Shown here one piece after another: positions 25,725-38,355 of a stretch of 64,000 bases of DNA. Under the pieces are notes generated by a model. That model searched no databases. It worked only from the letters and a program-made list of their open reading frames with translations, and was not told where the DNA came from. The DNA lies in assembly GCF_021869535.1 (NCBI RefSeq), contig NW_026262604.1, positions 4,092,001-4,156,000 of the forward strand, given 5' to 3'. The translations under genes were made by a program, and so were the position numbers. How positions within the stretch are numbered: the first letter of the stretch is position 1; the number at the start of each line of letters is the position of its first letter. This DNA comes from Mytilus californianus. Its lineage: Eukaryota.

Positions 25725-26564
25725 ATAATGTAGAAATGTACCTTTAAAAACTCGGGAAATCACAAGACTATGTAGTAAGGCATCATCAAATTGGTTTTCT
25801 TATTTTTCATGTACGTGCAAAAGTTTTTGGCTCAATATTTTGTTGTCGCAGCACGTGTTTATATTTAAAGCTATGTCATTGGTTGACAACGTGCAATTAT
25901 ATCTTACAATAGATTCATTAAATGAATAGTTTACAAAAATTTCGCAGAACAATATACCGTAAACCAAAGGTGGAGCGATAAGAACCACACCACACATCTA
26001 GTCAGCTTATGTTGTCTTTTCCAAAGATATACGAATGCAACTTGTTCATGCTAACTATACACATTTTCTTAAGGATTTTTGCTACTCTTGTTTTTTGTTT
26101 TTTTTTGCTTTCGTAGGATATCTTCTATTCAAAATGTATTTTTTTTGTTTCCTAATCTTTTTTTTATAATTTTATAACATATAGTGCAAAAAGTCATTTT
26201 GAAAAAAAGTATCTATAACGGTCTTTTATAAAAAGCACATATTTAGAATTAATAGAACGAAAATTTAGGTATTAGATTTATGTCATCTTTATACGCATTC
26301 TACACTCACAAACGAAAATTTAGGTGTTAGATTTATGTCATCTTTATACGTATTCTACAATCAAATAAAATCAAACTAGCTGTTTATATGTAAAAAAATC
26401 ACCTAAATTCCCCAGGTTTATTATTTATTTTCTCTTTGTACCTGTACACATCCGGCGAGAGAAATCTTTTGAATTTGTATTGATTATGAACAGTTAATGT
26501 ACTAAACAATAATGAAATCTATTATATTTCACTAATTGTTTTTCACTCTTTTTCTTATTCAAAG

Positions 26565-26712
26565 AAATGGCATGATGGAACAGTTTGAGATCAATAAAGC
26601 CTTGAAACATATGCATATAACGGAAAACATGACCTTGCTTCACCATTTGTCAATAATGGACGAAGATAAAGATGGAATTATTTCTCTGGAAGAATTTGTT
26701 AGAAAAAAGTAA
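26565..26712 (+). CDS. MytM: Mytimycin exon 3 (EF-hand C-terminal extension)
   Basis: Acceptor ttattcaaag, phase 2. (K)NGMMEQFEINKALKHMHITENMTLLHHLSIMDEDKDGIISLEEFVRKK*, with the EF-hand loop DEDKDGIISLEE. Confidence 0.92.
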
Positions 26713-27074
26713 TATTTGACCAAGAACATAATTCGTTTTATATCTAAAAGTGAAGATTGAAAAGGTAGAAAGTATTCATTTTGAAATGAAATAAAACAAA
26801 ATAGTGTTTTACTTCATGTTTTTTCTTCTTCTTTGATTCGAATTATTTTACTTTCGCCAAATATCGACAAGTTTCGTATAACTTAATTTTTTTTTTATTT
26901 CTGAATTCAATTTAATCATTGAGTAAATACATAAGACAATTAAAAATGGGAGGATGATAACGAGGGGTCGAAAAGTCGAAGATAAACAATACAACGACAA
27001 AAGTAAACTACGAAAAAACCAAAGTCCACAAAACACTTCATACAGAAATTAGCATCCTTTTCCGTTTTAATTGT

Positions 27075-27237
27075 TTCACATTAGTCACTGCGGGGCCTTT
27101 TATAGCTTGCTATGCGGTATAAGTTTTGCTTATTGTTGAAGGACGTACGGTGGCCTATAGTTGTTAACTTCTATGTAAATTGTTCTCTGGTGGAGAGTTG
27201 TCTTATTGGCAATCATACCAAATCTTCTTATCTTTAT
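27075..27237 (+). repeat. Abundant short interspersed repeat (family B)
   Basis: ttgaaggccgtacggtgacctatagttgtt...ggcaatcataccacatcttc. Similar copies at about 2410-2520(-), 24045-24165(-), 33765-33915, 35570-35710, 40020-40135, 40945-41105(-) and 47780-47900(-). Confidence 0.85.
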
Positions 27238-28241
27238 AATTAGTTTCTGCTTTACTAGCGACACCTGCTGTGTTATTTCCGTAAAAATACGTTTATATGT
27301 TATGTCATGTGATAAGAAATCGTACAATGGCAGATTGGTGAATGCCTTTTGTGAAACGTGACGTGATTACAATATTCATCATATAACGGTTTGAATTTGA
27401 ATATAACATTTTTTTTTCGGGAGAAAGGATAGAAAAGACTTCTAGAAACAACACAGAAATTGAAAAAAATCATATAAAATAGCATTAATTACAACACTAT
27501 AAAAGTAACAAAAAACCTATAAAAGATTTTAGATTGTCATATGTCATATTGACATTCAGATAGATAAAAAAGAACTATGATGTCAACTTTAATAGAAAGC
27601 AACCCAAAAGCTTAAAACCAAAAGATTAAAAGAGTTTCATATTATCCATAAGCTTCTAAGAAATTTAACAGAAATATTTAAATATTTGCCCACATAATTT
27701 TCGAAAGGCAACAACAGCACGAATTCAGCAAGTTGGCCACTGACGAAGTTCCTAACAAGACACAGAGGTCCCATTGAAGTAACTAAGGCAGTTGCCTCAA
27801 TAATATCAGTTAAAAAAAAAGAAACAGAAACTACCCCTTGTTATGCAGTTCTAAAGGACATACACTAGAAAAATTTCCTGAACACCATTTCTATCAGCAT
27901 TCAATGCCGGGCTTCAGAGTTTTTTGTAAAACTAACTTTTTTAGTGGAAACTAGATCTGGATACCTAACAATTTACTGTTTAGTCTATTTTTGATATTAT
28001 CCATTTGGCTTGGTACTTATACATCCCGTCATTATGTTATTGTGCTATGGTAAGTTTTTGTATTCCTGTCTTTCGTTTTTGCTTATGTGCTTTGTCTTTA
28101 TGCATTTTTGTCTTTCTTTGATGACATATTTGTTTGTTTTTACAGTGATTCAGTTTATAACACAATGTTGACTGCTGTACCCCAATTTTCGACAATTTTA
28201 CCGATTATGTCTGTTTGTTTTGTTCACACATTGTTGTCAAT

Positions 28242-29450
28242 CTAAGACTCTCTCATCTTGCAATAGTATTAAAACATTTGACTCTTCTACACTTTACACA
28301 AGTATTCCCCATTCCAAACTAAAAGACAAACTGAAAGAGTTGGTATTACTTTGTTTCATTAAAAAGAATGCCGAACGTAGATACAAGTATCTTGTCTTGG
28401 GGAGGGATAAATCCTACTTTGTAAAGAATCACTCTAATTCAAACAAAACATTCTCTGAAACTGACATTATCAAGATGCTTGATTTCTTGATTGACAACAT
28501 ATTTGTTACGTTTGGAGGACGTGTTTTTCAACAGACTGTCGGAATTCCAATGGGAACCAATTGTGCCCCTCTTCTTGCCGACTTGTTTCTCTATTATTAT
28601 GAGGCTGACTACATACAGGAACTTCTTAGGAAAAAAGATAAGAAGTTAGCAATATCCTTTACCTTTACGTTCCGCTATATAGATGATGTTCTCTCACTAA
28701 ATAATAAAAAATTTGGTGACTATGTTGAACGAATCTATCCCATCGAACTAGAGATAAAGGATACTACAGATACAGTTAAGTCTGCCTCATATCTTGACTT
28801 ACATCTAGAAATTGACAATGAGGGTCGGTTGAAAACAAAACTTTACGACAAATGAGATGATTTCAGCTTCCCAATTGTGAACTTTCCATTTCTATGCAGC
28901 ATTATTCCAGCAGCGCCTGCATACGGAGTATATATCTTCCAATTGATACGATATTCCCGGGCTTGTATTTCCTATCATGATTTCCTTCATAGAGGATTGC
29001 TGCTCACAAGGAAGCTATTCAACCAAGAGTTCCAAATGGTGAAGTTGAAATCATCCCTTCGTAAATTTTACGGACGCCATCACGAGTTTGTTGACCGTTA
29101 TGGAATAACCGTTTCACAGATGATATCGGATATGTTCCTTATGTCGTAACTACAATACCCTTCCCTTTTCACGAATGTGACCTACCGAATTAGACTATTT
29201 ACCGGATTTGTAATAACTTAAGCAACACGACGGGTGCCACATGTGGAGCAGGATCTGCTTACCCTTCCGGAGCATCTGAGATCACCCCCAGTTTTTGGTG
29301 GGATTCGTGTTGCCTAGTCTTTAGTTTTCTATGTTGTGTCATCTGTACTATTTTTTGTCTGTTTGTCTTTTTATTTTTGGCCATGGCGTTTTCAGTTTGT
29401 TTTCGATCTATGAGTTTGACTGTCCCTCTGGTATCTTTCGTTCCTCTTTT
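28242..29450 (+). mobile_element. 5'-truncated Penelope-like retroelement (probably Naiad-type), RT plus 3' UTR
   Basis: The RT has TFDSSTLYTSIPH, QQTVGIPMGTNCAPLLADLFL and FRYIDD motifs. It continues through one TGA (28853-28855, DK*DDF) to ...RYGITVSQMISDMF with no C-terminal GIY-YIG domain. It is inserted into a family-A repeat whose halves lie at about 28005-28241 and 29451-29665. Confidence 0.88.
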
Positions 29451-29789
29451 ATGTGACTGTCATATAAGTGAGAGGTTTAGCTAGCTATAAAACCAGATTT
29501 AATCCACCATTGTCTACATCAGACAATGCCTGTACCAAGGCAGGAATATGACAGTTGGTATCCATTCGTTTGATATGTGTTTGAGCTTTTGATTTTGCCA
29601 TATGATTAGGAACTCTCCATTTTGAATTTTCCTCGGAGTTCGGTATTTTTGTTATCTTACTTTTTCCAAAGTTCTTTTAAAGTAGATACAATCTACGCAT
29701 CGTTCCTCTCACAATAGTGTGCATAGCATTTGATTTTTCTACCTTTTACACAAGCATTTCTCATCCCAAACGTCAAGACAAATACATAG

Positions 29790-30130
29790 ATATGGCCCGA
29801 CTTTGTTTGAAACAAGAATGACCAACAACAAAGATAGAAATATCTTATTGAATGGAGGTATAAATTAAACTTTGAACACAAACCACTCTGATTCAAACAA
29901 AACATTCTCGAAACTAACATTATCAACATGCTTGACATCATATTGTTTACTTTTAGAGGACGTGTTTTTAACAGTCAATTGGCATTCCTATGTGAACGAA
30001 TTGTACTCCTCTTTTTGCCGACTTGTTCCTTCATTCGTATGAGACCGACTTCATACAGCAGGTTCTTAGCAAGAATGAAAAGAATATAGCATTATCATTA
30101 AGCTTCATGTTCAGCTATAAAAATAATGTT
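29790..30130 (+). mobile_element. Degenerate Penelope-like RT fragment
   Basis: Nucleotide similarity to 28430-28690 (ctgattcaaacaaaacattctc...ggacgtgttttt...gccgacttgttc), with frameshifts. Confidence 0.8.
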
Positions 30131-30510
30131 TCATAATTTGCTCATTTTTAAATGTACAAGAAATATTGGATAATTCAGTTAATAACTCTTTGAGAATTTG
30201 ATATATGAAATGTTTTTTTAACAATTGGAGACGAATAAATATAATTTAACAGCTTGCTTACTAATGCTATTACGAATTAAACTATATGCATAAGTTATTT
30301 AGTATTACATAAATTAATTAAACAAACGGATCAATGCAACATGTATACATAATTTCGTTCATTTCTTAATTTGACTTACAAATCATAATGATTGAAATTC
30401 TTGTGTTAATGTGGTTGATGCAGATATGATCGCCAATCTTAGACACCATTTAACCATTTGTTTAGTTTTCATGGCATATAGTTTAATTCGATCCAATTAT
30501 TCTGTACTTT

Positions 30511-30560
30511 AGTGTAGACAGCGTTGCCCAGGTGTTCAGATGGTTGTGGAGATGACTGGC
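30511..30560 (+). pseudogene. Heavily deleted WAP-domain relic
   Basis: agtgtagacagcg-ttgcccaggtgttcag...atggttgtgga parallels the 30895-30950 copy (SVDS-C-PGVQ...GCG). Confidence 0.55.
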
Positions 30561-30837
30561 TTTTTTTCGGTCAGGTACATATTTCAGCTTAATAACTATC
30601 TCCATGCTTTATTTTCAAAGTATAATTATAAATTAATTAAAAACGAGGTGTAAAGACAAATAATCAATGACCTAAAATGATAATAGAATTAGCAAGGGTA
30701 TACAATTTTAATTTATATGAGGTTTTTGACACTTCTGATGATTGAATGTAACTTGTAAATGGGCCAATAATATCACACCAACTGTTATCTTAGTTAATCT
30801 TTAAAATGTATATACTAAACATCTCCAACTTGGTAAA

Positions 30838-30980
30838 TCCAAAGCCTGGTACCTTTCCTATACTTCCACCTGGTACCGGCGTCTGCTGAGCACTGCAGTG
30901 TAGACAGCGATTGTCAAGGTGTAAAAAAGTGTTGTTATAACGGTTGTGGACATGAAGCAAAAAGGATCAGACACAAGTAA
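30838..30980 (+). pseudogene. WAP (four-disulfide core) domain exon, frameshifted
   Basis: [15 protein letters not shown] / [24 protein letters not shown]. This is the WAP pattern KPG-x-C-P...C...C-x2-D-x-D-C-x5-CC-x3-C-x3-C with the first Cys changed to Phe, a frameshift near 30885 and loss of the last Cys. Confidence 0.85.
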
Positions 30981-33313
30981 AACATACTTATAAAGTCTTC
31001 TCCAAAATACAATATATATAACAACATTAATTGAATATGAGCATGCATTATATAAAATAAACAACATAAATATTACTACAGTATACTGAAAAAGTAAAGA
31101 GGATGAAGAAAGAACGACAGAGATTATGATAATGATGACAGAAATACTAGTTAAACATGTTTTTCATTCCATCTCTTTTCCATTGATTTGAGTTTGATCA
31201 TATGATTTTTTTTATGTTTTATATGTTTTATTCCTTCATGGTTGATTCCCCTCATATTCTGTTGTAGCCTTTCTTTCTCCTCTCTTGATATTCGTGGGAG
31301 AATTTTGTCGGGACGTTGAACAATAATTTATCATTGTCCTCATGTCATGATGTTTACAAAGACCCGTGTAACGTTTAACGGCATTGCATGTGTTTATACA
31401 ATTTAAGCATGTAAACAACAGAGGACGTTCACATCACAATCATTATCATATTTTCACACTCGTTTATTTCAATGTATGATGTTTGTCAAAGCTAGGTTTT
31501 TACAAATTACAACATAAATTTATCTGAATTACACCAATATTCAAATATATGAACACCATATGCTATACCTACTAAAATAATAGATGTTAGTTATCCTCTC
31601 CTTTTGTACTACTAATCTTTTGAAGCAAAATGTAACCGCATTAGTGGTTTTAAGGTATAAAGGCACGTGCAAAAAATGGTGACACAATTTCGATAAATTG
31701 AATAATTGGGAGTCGCTTGCTGAATGTCCAGTTCTCAAAGTAAGATCAACCTATATGCACATGGGCAATGAAATTCGGCCTTGCAAACAAAAACACACAC
31801 GAACCTTCAGATAGTTTTGTGTAATGGTCATTTACTTAAAGAGCGCATAACACTCTTCCCCACACAATGCATTGAATTAAACGTTCCCTTTTAGATCGGA
31901 CGTAACCGTTCCTGTCAGTTCAACTAGATTGATCGAAATCATTCAAATCGCAATGATTCAGTCTTAAATAACAAGCGTATTTCCAAAATCATAATTTTAA
32001 CACATATAACTTATGTTACATACAAGTAAGTTCAAGAAAACTGTTTCGTTTTGTGTTTCAGTTTTTAAAAAATGTTTGCACATTTAGGTACAAGTTTATC
32101 GATGACAAAAACAGGAACACATTCCTGATCTTCTTTTTTCGTGATCTGTGTTTTCTAACAATATATGCTTGACAAACACAAATTGAATATCATGTTAGTT
32201 GAACCATGTTGATAAAAGTACAAAGCATTTTCTTTTAACAGTAAAATGAGACTGTATTAAACAAATGGGTTACTGGTTCGTACAGTACGTAAAAATTCAC
32301 ATCCACGTTCGATTGGACAGGGGATATAAATGAACAATGATGAATGTATCTTGGTTTTTCATTAGACTTGCCTATAACTTATCTGATCTTGATTCGCCGT
32401 AGAGAAGAGTGTGTAGGTATAATTTTACATAGCAAAATTCCTGCCCTTTGCCTGGAGATATCAGCATTAAATGATATGTAATACTTATATATTTATATCT
32501 TTGGAACATCTGCTGATTAATTGTTTTTTTTTTTGTTATTGTCTTGTGTGAGTGTGAGGTATTTTGACACTGGAGAGGTGTTGAATAGTAAAATATTTCA
32601 TAATAATCTGCGGCACCTAAACCTTGAAAAAAATACTACCTGTCATAGGATATTCCACAAACTGACTAAGATAGCATAACATACCAATACCTTATCAATG
32701 AATCACATTTTGAACGCAGGTCATGACCAATATTCCGTCCAATGTCAATCGTCTCAAAGGATATAACCGAGTACATGTGTCTTTAGTAATATATATGGAT
32801 ATTTTCACAAGGGTTTTAAGATATGATATAAGTGTCGTCTTTACGTGCAAGACACTCATGGGTAGTCAGGGTCGGTAAACCCCTTCCCCCTTGTCATCGT
32901 CTTTACGGTTTTAGGAATGAAAAGAGACCGAAGAAACCAAGGGAATATTTAAAACGCACACGTCGGAGACAAAAGCCTGAATACAACATCATATTGTTTT
33001 TATGATTTAAGAAATAATGGAAGCTCTATTATGTTCTTTTTTTCATGCCAAATCATTTCGAATTGACAGTCAGTAATATTGTGCAACATTAGGGACACGT
33101 GTGGAATTCGTAGAATAAACTGATGAAGAGATACAGTATAGACACATAACCCTCATTAAAGGTCGAAACTTGACATCTTGGTTTCGTTTTCGTTTGCTGC
33201 ATTGATGTTAACCTAGTTGATTTGTTTTCTGTTTACGTTTATTCACATATTAAAAAGGCAACTGGTGAATATGGTGAATAGGATAATTCTTTATTTTGAA
33301 CTAATGACAATTT

Positions 33314-33351
33314 TCAGTGTAGAATATTTCTTGGATGTAATGACTTTAGAC
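33314..33351 (-). CDS. GH9 cellulase exon 11 (terminal)
   Basis: Acceptor ttctttgtag; GLKSLHPRNILH*; AATAAA about 20 nt downstream. Confidence 0.8.
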
Positions 33352-33947
33352 CTACAAAGAAAACAAATGGAATTAATCTAACATCATAGTTTTTAAACTT
33401 CTTACAACATTATTTTTAACACTTGAAATATATTATAAAAACAATACTGACGATTTTCGTCTTGATGTGATTAATGCAGTTCTCATGTTTCTTACCTTAA
33501 ATGAATTTAAGGTATTCAAACTTCGTTTCAATTTTTTCGAAATTGACGATATATGTTACAGTTCTATATTTCTTAGGGTACATAATGTACCAAGATATAA
33601 AGTTAATCAACAGTGAAATATGTATGTGACACATTAATCGTGATATTATCAAGTGAAATATTGAAGCTGATATGGACTTCAATTTTAAGAAATCGTAATT
33701 GTTTGTTTGCTTTATTCCTTAGTTATTAATTGTAGTGAATTACAAGTACTACATTTTACATTTGTCTTTTCGGGACCTTTTGTAGCTGACTATGCGGTAT
33801 AGGTTTTGCTCATTGCTGAAGGCCGTACGGTGACCTATAGTTGTAAACGTCTATGCCATTTGGTCTTTGTAGGGAGTATTCTAATTGGCAATTATACCAC
33901 ATCTTCTTATTTTTATAAAGACAAGTATATATGTAATCAACACACTA

Positions 33948-34235
<288 letters not shown>

Positions 34236-36436
34236 TTAGCTATATTGAACCAGCATGAACTTTACGACCAACTGATCTCAACCCAGTTTTTGTTGGGGTT
34301 CGTTTTGATCATTTTTTAGTGTTTATATTGTATTGTGTAACTTGTTATCCGTTTCTAGTTGTTTTTCATTTTTTGACCATGGCGTTGTCAGTTTATCATC
34401 GAATTATTTGTTTGGTTATACATTTGATATTTTCGACCTTTCTTCTTTGACAAATCGGAAGTTGTTTTGTTCATTTTTGCCTTTGGTTCTGGTTGAGCAG
34501 TTTTTCGTTTTAACATTGATTCATTTTCTTTAGTATCTTTTAGTTTTCTTCTTTTACAGTTGACAACGGATATTTTGCTATTTACATGTTTTAGTAGCCA
34601 CAATTTCCTTTGCCTTTCATCGAGTACTTCAATCCACGATTATTTTACATCGAATTAATTTTAGTTGGAGCACGAACTGCAAAGCTCATCCGGAGTACTG
34701 AAGTTTACCCTCGTATTTTGTTGTTGTTGCAGTCAGATTTGCCCAAACAAACAACTTTTTAGCATAGCATTTTGTGGATTGCTGTGTTTTTCTGTGCCTG
34801 TCAGACAAGTGAGAGGTTTAGCTAGCTATAAAACCAGGTTCTATCCGCCATTTTCTACATAAGAAAATTCCTGTACCAAGTCAGGAATATGGCAGTTGTT
34901 ATCCATTCGTTTGATGTGTTTGAGCTTTTGATTTTGCTATTTGATTAGGGACTTTCCTTTTTGAATTTTCCTCGGAGTTCAGTATTTTTGTTATTTTACT
35001 TTTTTCTGTCTTTCAGGGTTGTTTGTTGTTTGTTAATCGACGGGTTCTGATTATGATTGCTCTTTTGGTGTCGGTCTCCTCTCTCGTATTGCTCTCTCAC
35101 ATAAGATAAAATATGGTTTCGTGTAAAAAATGCAAGAAAAAGACACTTTATTCATTAGACGTGAGCTGATCAACATTTTGTCTCGAATAAACAATATGTT
35201 GTATAAGTTGTCTTTACTTGAAGCTAGGTTTCGTTATCTACGATTGCTTTCAGATCGATACTTTGTATTAATTATGTTAGTTGTTTCTTTTCGTTTGTAT
35301 CGATCTTACGATTTTTAAACCATTTTAAGCATGTTTTAAAAGTTTGTTTTTTTGTTGGGCTGTTATAAAATTATCCCAGGGTAAGGCAAGTTCAGGTGTC
35401 AGAAAACATGTTTAGCCCGCATATTCTGTGTGTGCCTCACTCATGGCAAGCGGTTGTTATTCAGTAGATGTCGCTTCTTACTGTGTGTCATACACTGTTT
35501 TTGTTTTTTTTTGTCGTCTGTTGTTTTGTTTCAAGCTGTTGGTTTTTTTTATTGCTTAACCTTTTGTTATATCGGGGTCCCTTAAAGTTTATTAGGCATG
35601 AGTGTTGTTAATCGACCGTACAGTGACCTATAGTTGCTAAAAGCTACAACATTTGGCATCTAGTGGATAGTTCTTTCATTGGTAATAAAACCACATCTCC
35701 TCCTTTTTTGTTATACTAAGTAGTCACCCGAAAAACAAAAAGAAAAACAAAAATCCATCCGAATTTTTTTTTAATGTTGTTCTCACGTCAGAAGAAACTC
35801 TTAAAATCCTAAAATGTGAAAACCAATAAATGTATAAATCATACTTGAGGAGCCAAAAGAAAAAACACGACCCCCACCCACACACACACACACAATAACA
35901 ATAAAAACAAAAAAAAAACAACACATTTCCAGTTGGGTTTAAAATATAACATTGGTAGAAAATAGAATAACAATATTAGAAAGTGGCTAATTATGGAAAT
36001 CATATTGGCTTAGTCATTCAGTAAAAGGTGGGCAAATATTTGTGGTTAACATTGGATAAGACATTTCGGATACATTAAACATGTAATATGCAACCGGTAC
36101 TTTGACGTTTTTATGTAATATGAATATCACTTGTGGATGACCTTCTTATGACCAATTTTGTAGACGTTTAACTTTTTTGGACTGGTTTCTTCTGATAGAA
36201 AACGTGTTTTTAATTAAACCAATTATACAAATACAAAATGAAGAAGCTGAAAATGTGAATATTTTACGGACGACAAATGACGCCTAGTGATGGCAATATT
36301 TCACATTGTATGCAAGTAAGATCGGCGTAAACAGTGCATTCATACAGAAAAAAAACCATAAGAGAGACAGTCATAATACTTTGCAAGAAAATCCGTTTCA
36401 CTGACTATTCATTCAATAAATTCAATATACACTCAC

Positions 36437-36602
36437 GCTGCTCTATGATGTTCGTGTGTTGGTGGGTTAACACCGTATCCTACAACATAACTTCTTCCAG
36501 TATCTCCTAAGATATAACCTATTTGACTTTTGGCCCATTTTCGGTATTCTGTGGGGTTAATTCCAGCTTCTGCCGCAATAAGTGCAAGAAAAGCTTGATT
36601 TG
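36437..36602 (-). CDS. GH9 cellulase exon 9
   Basis: [55 protein letters not shown]; donor GTGAGT. Confidence 0.95.
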
Positions 36603-37162
36603 CTAAAAGGAAGAGATGGTTTTTCGAAAATGTATACAAATATGTTAAATGTTAATCCAATGTCGTCGGTGAGTAGTTTATTTTTGTCATTTTTTTAATG
36701 TTATGGGTCAATAATACTAGTACATTTACAATTTGAAAGTGATGATCGACTAATGTGCACCTGTTGTTCGATCTTTTGTTTACAATGATGTGTTTAGTAT
36801 ACTATTGATTATCTTATGTCTTTATATTTTTTTGTAAAGGCGTTTTTTATTTTTTTTTCGACTTATCAGCTTGAATATCCCTTTGGTATCCTTCGCCTCT
36901 CTATTTATTTCGATATGAACAATTATAATGATGTTAAATAAATTATGTGCATCAAACTGTCTATCATTCTCCTCCTGTCATGTAACAAATAGAAATAATA
37001 TTTGTAATAAAGTTAAGGTTTCGAATAATTCATAGACTCGGTACGACATTGAGTTTGAAATATTGAATATACATCTGTCTTCAGCAACATAATTCGTGTG
37101 GCCTTTTATGTGTCTTTTGATTAATTTAATCGGGTTGTTGTCCGATTTTTTTTTATATTTAC

Positions 37163-37319
37163 CTGCATGTCTGAGAGAACCCCATTTAGTTCGATATGCA
37201 AGGCCTTTTGGTGTGTAAGGAACAGCACTTGGACCTGTTGCCCCTGGTAACCAATTTCCAAAAGTAGTTTCAATGTCTTGCTTGTAAACATCCTTCTTGG
37301 TGATTTGGTATAGTAAAAC
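37163..37319 (-). CDS. GH9 cellulase exon 8
   Basis: VLLYQITKKDVYKQDIETTFGNWLPGATGPSAVPYTPKGLAYRTKWGSLRHA; AG/GT boundaries. Confidence 0.95.
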
Positions 37320-38355
37320 CTACAGAAACGATAAAAACAAACTCACTTTGTTTTTCTGACATCAAAACAACATATAGATTTCGATTGACACAGTTTGAGG
37401 AAGAGTTACTATTCTGTTGTCGCCATGTTGCAGGTGTATGTACACACATTCCTTTAAAAAATAATACAAGTTTGACTTCTAATACTGACGGCTAAACTTA
37501 AAAATAAGTTGTTTTCTCAATATAAAAAGGATCTATTATCAAACTAGGTTTTACAGCAAGTTCAATTTGGTCATCCGACCAAGAAAATCAAACATTCCCC
37601 CTCCGAAGTGGCGGGCAATGTCAATATGTCAAACTCAAATTACTAAGAAACATATCGACAGTGACAAAAAGGGCGAAAAATGTAGGGTAGAAATTTCGAA
37701 GAAATAACATGAATCATTAAGTCATAACAATGAAAATGTTGTAATGCTACTATGAACAACGAACAAATTACACGGTCGCAACAAAAATATATAGCATTTC
37801 CAAAGAGCGTTTAACATACATAAGGTATGTATATATATATATATATATATTTTTTTTAAAGTCGGGAGAGACAAACGTGGTTATCAATTCAATGTATATC
37901 CCAAATGAACTAATAACAGAGTAAGGTAATGATCACTACGTTACACATGTTACACAAACTGTTTTCATCGACATTATACCAGTTGGTATTTGATCAGTTT
38001 TAGATATTACCGGATAATACATCGAAACCATTACATGCACAATGGTGGTTACAAGAAGACATGTCAATGCAAATCAAACCGAAAAACCCAAATACCAGAA
38101 TGGCATCTAAAGGCAACATAGACTGCAACAGTATACAGTTGTCCAATACAATGATCCAAGCTGTATGTTAATCGTCCCAAATCATTAAAATGTGAGAATG
38201 CATTACGCAGAATTTTCAGAGATCTGCTATCAACAACAAAGTCTTCGCGTCCTGATTCAACATTACACATTAGCAAAGTGTGTTAAGCAAGCAGCAATCA
38301 ATCAATCAACTTTAATGATGCCGTGAAATTTGTACCGGTTAATGTAAATACTTAC

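Larger units (their letters stand above)
23069..25727 (+). mobile_element. Crypton-like tyrosine-recombinase DNA element
   Basis: It interrupts a satellite unit (left flank ...acttgatg, right flank atgtagaaatgtacc...). 12-bp inverted repeats TTATTCCACTAT (23069-23080) / ATAGTGGAATAA (25567-25578). A 145-bp palindrome at 25580-25724. It encodes an intron-split tyrosine recombinase. Confidence 0.85.
19295..26795 (+). pseudogene. MytM: Mytimycin (Cys-rich antifungal peptide precursor with EF-hand extension); null allele or pseudogene
   Basis: Exon 1 is non-coding (about 19295-19328, donor GTGAGT). Exon 2 is 19781-20112 (acceptor ttttgtag, starts ATG TCA TAA; donor GTGAGT, phase 2). Exon 3 is 26565-26712. 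AATAAA is at 26790-26795. The precursor has a signal peptide, a Cys-rich mature peptide, a KRKRR site and GLDINKNGMMEQFE...MDEDKDGIISLEEF, the architecture I recall for Mytilus mytimycin. There is a stop at codon 3 (19787-19789). Confidence 0.92.

Noticed and set aside
28853-28855. In-frame TGA in the Penelope-like RT as possible selenocysteine (known for some clam Naiads)
   Set aside because: It falls in DK*DDF, where an Arg (AGA) is expected, not a Cys. A single substitution explains it, and I identified no SECIS.
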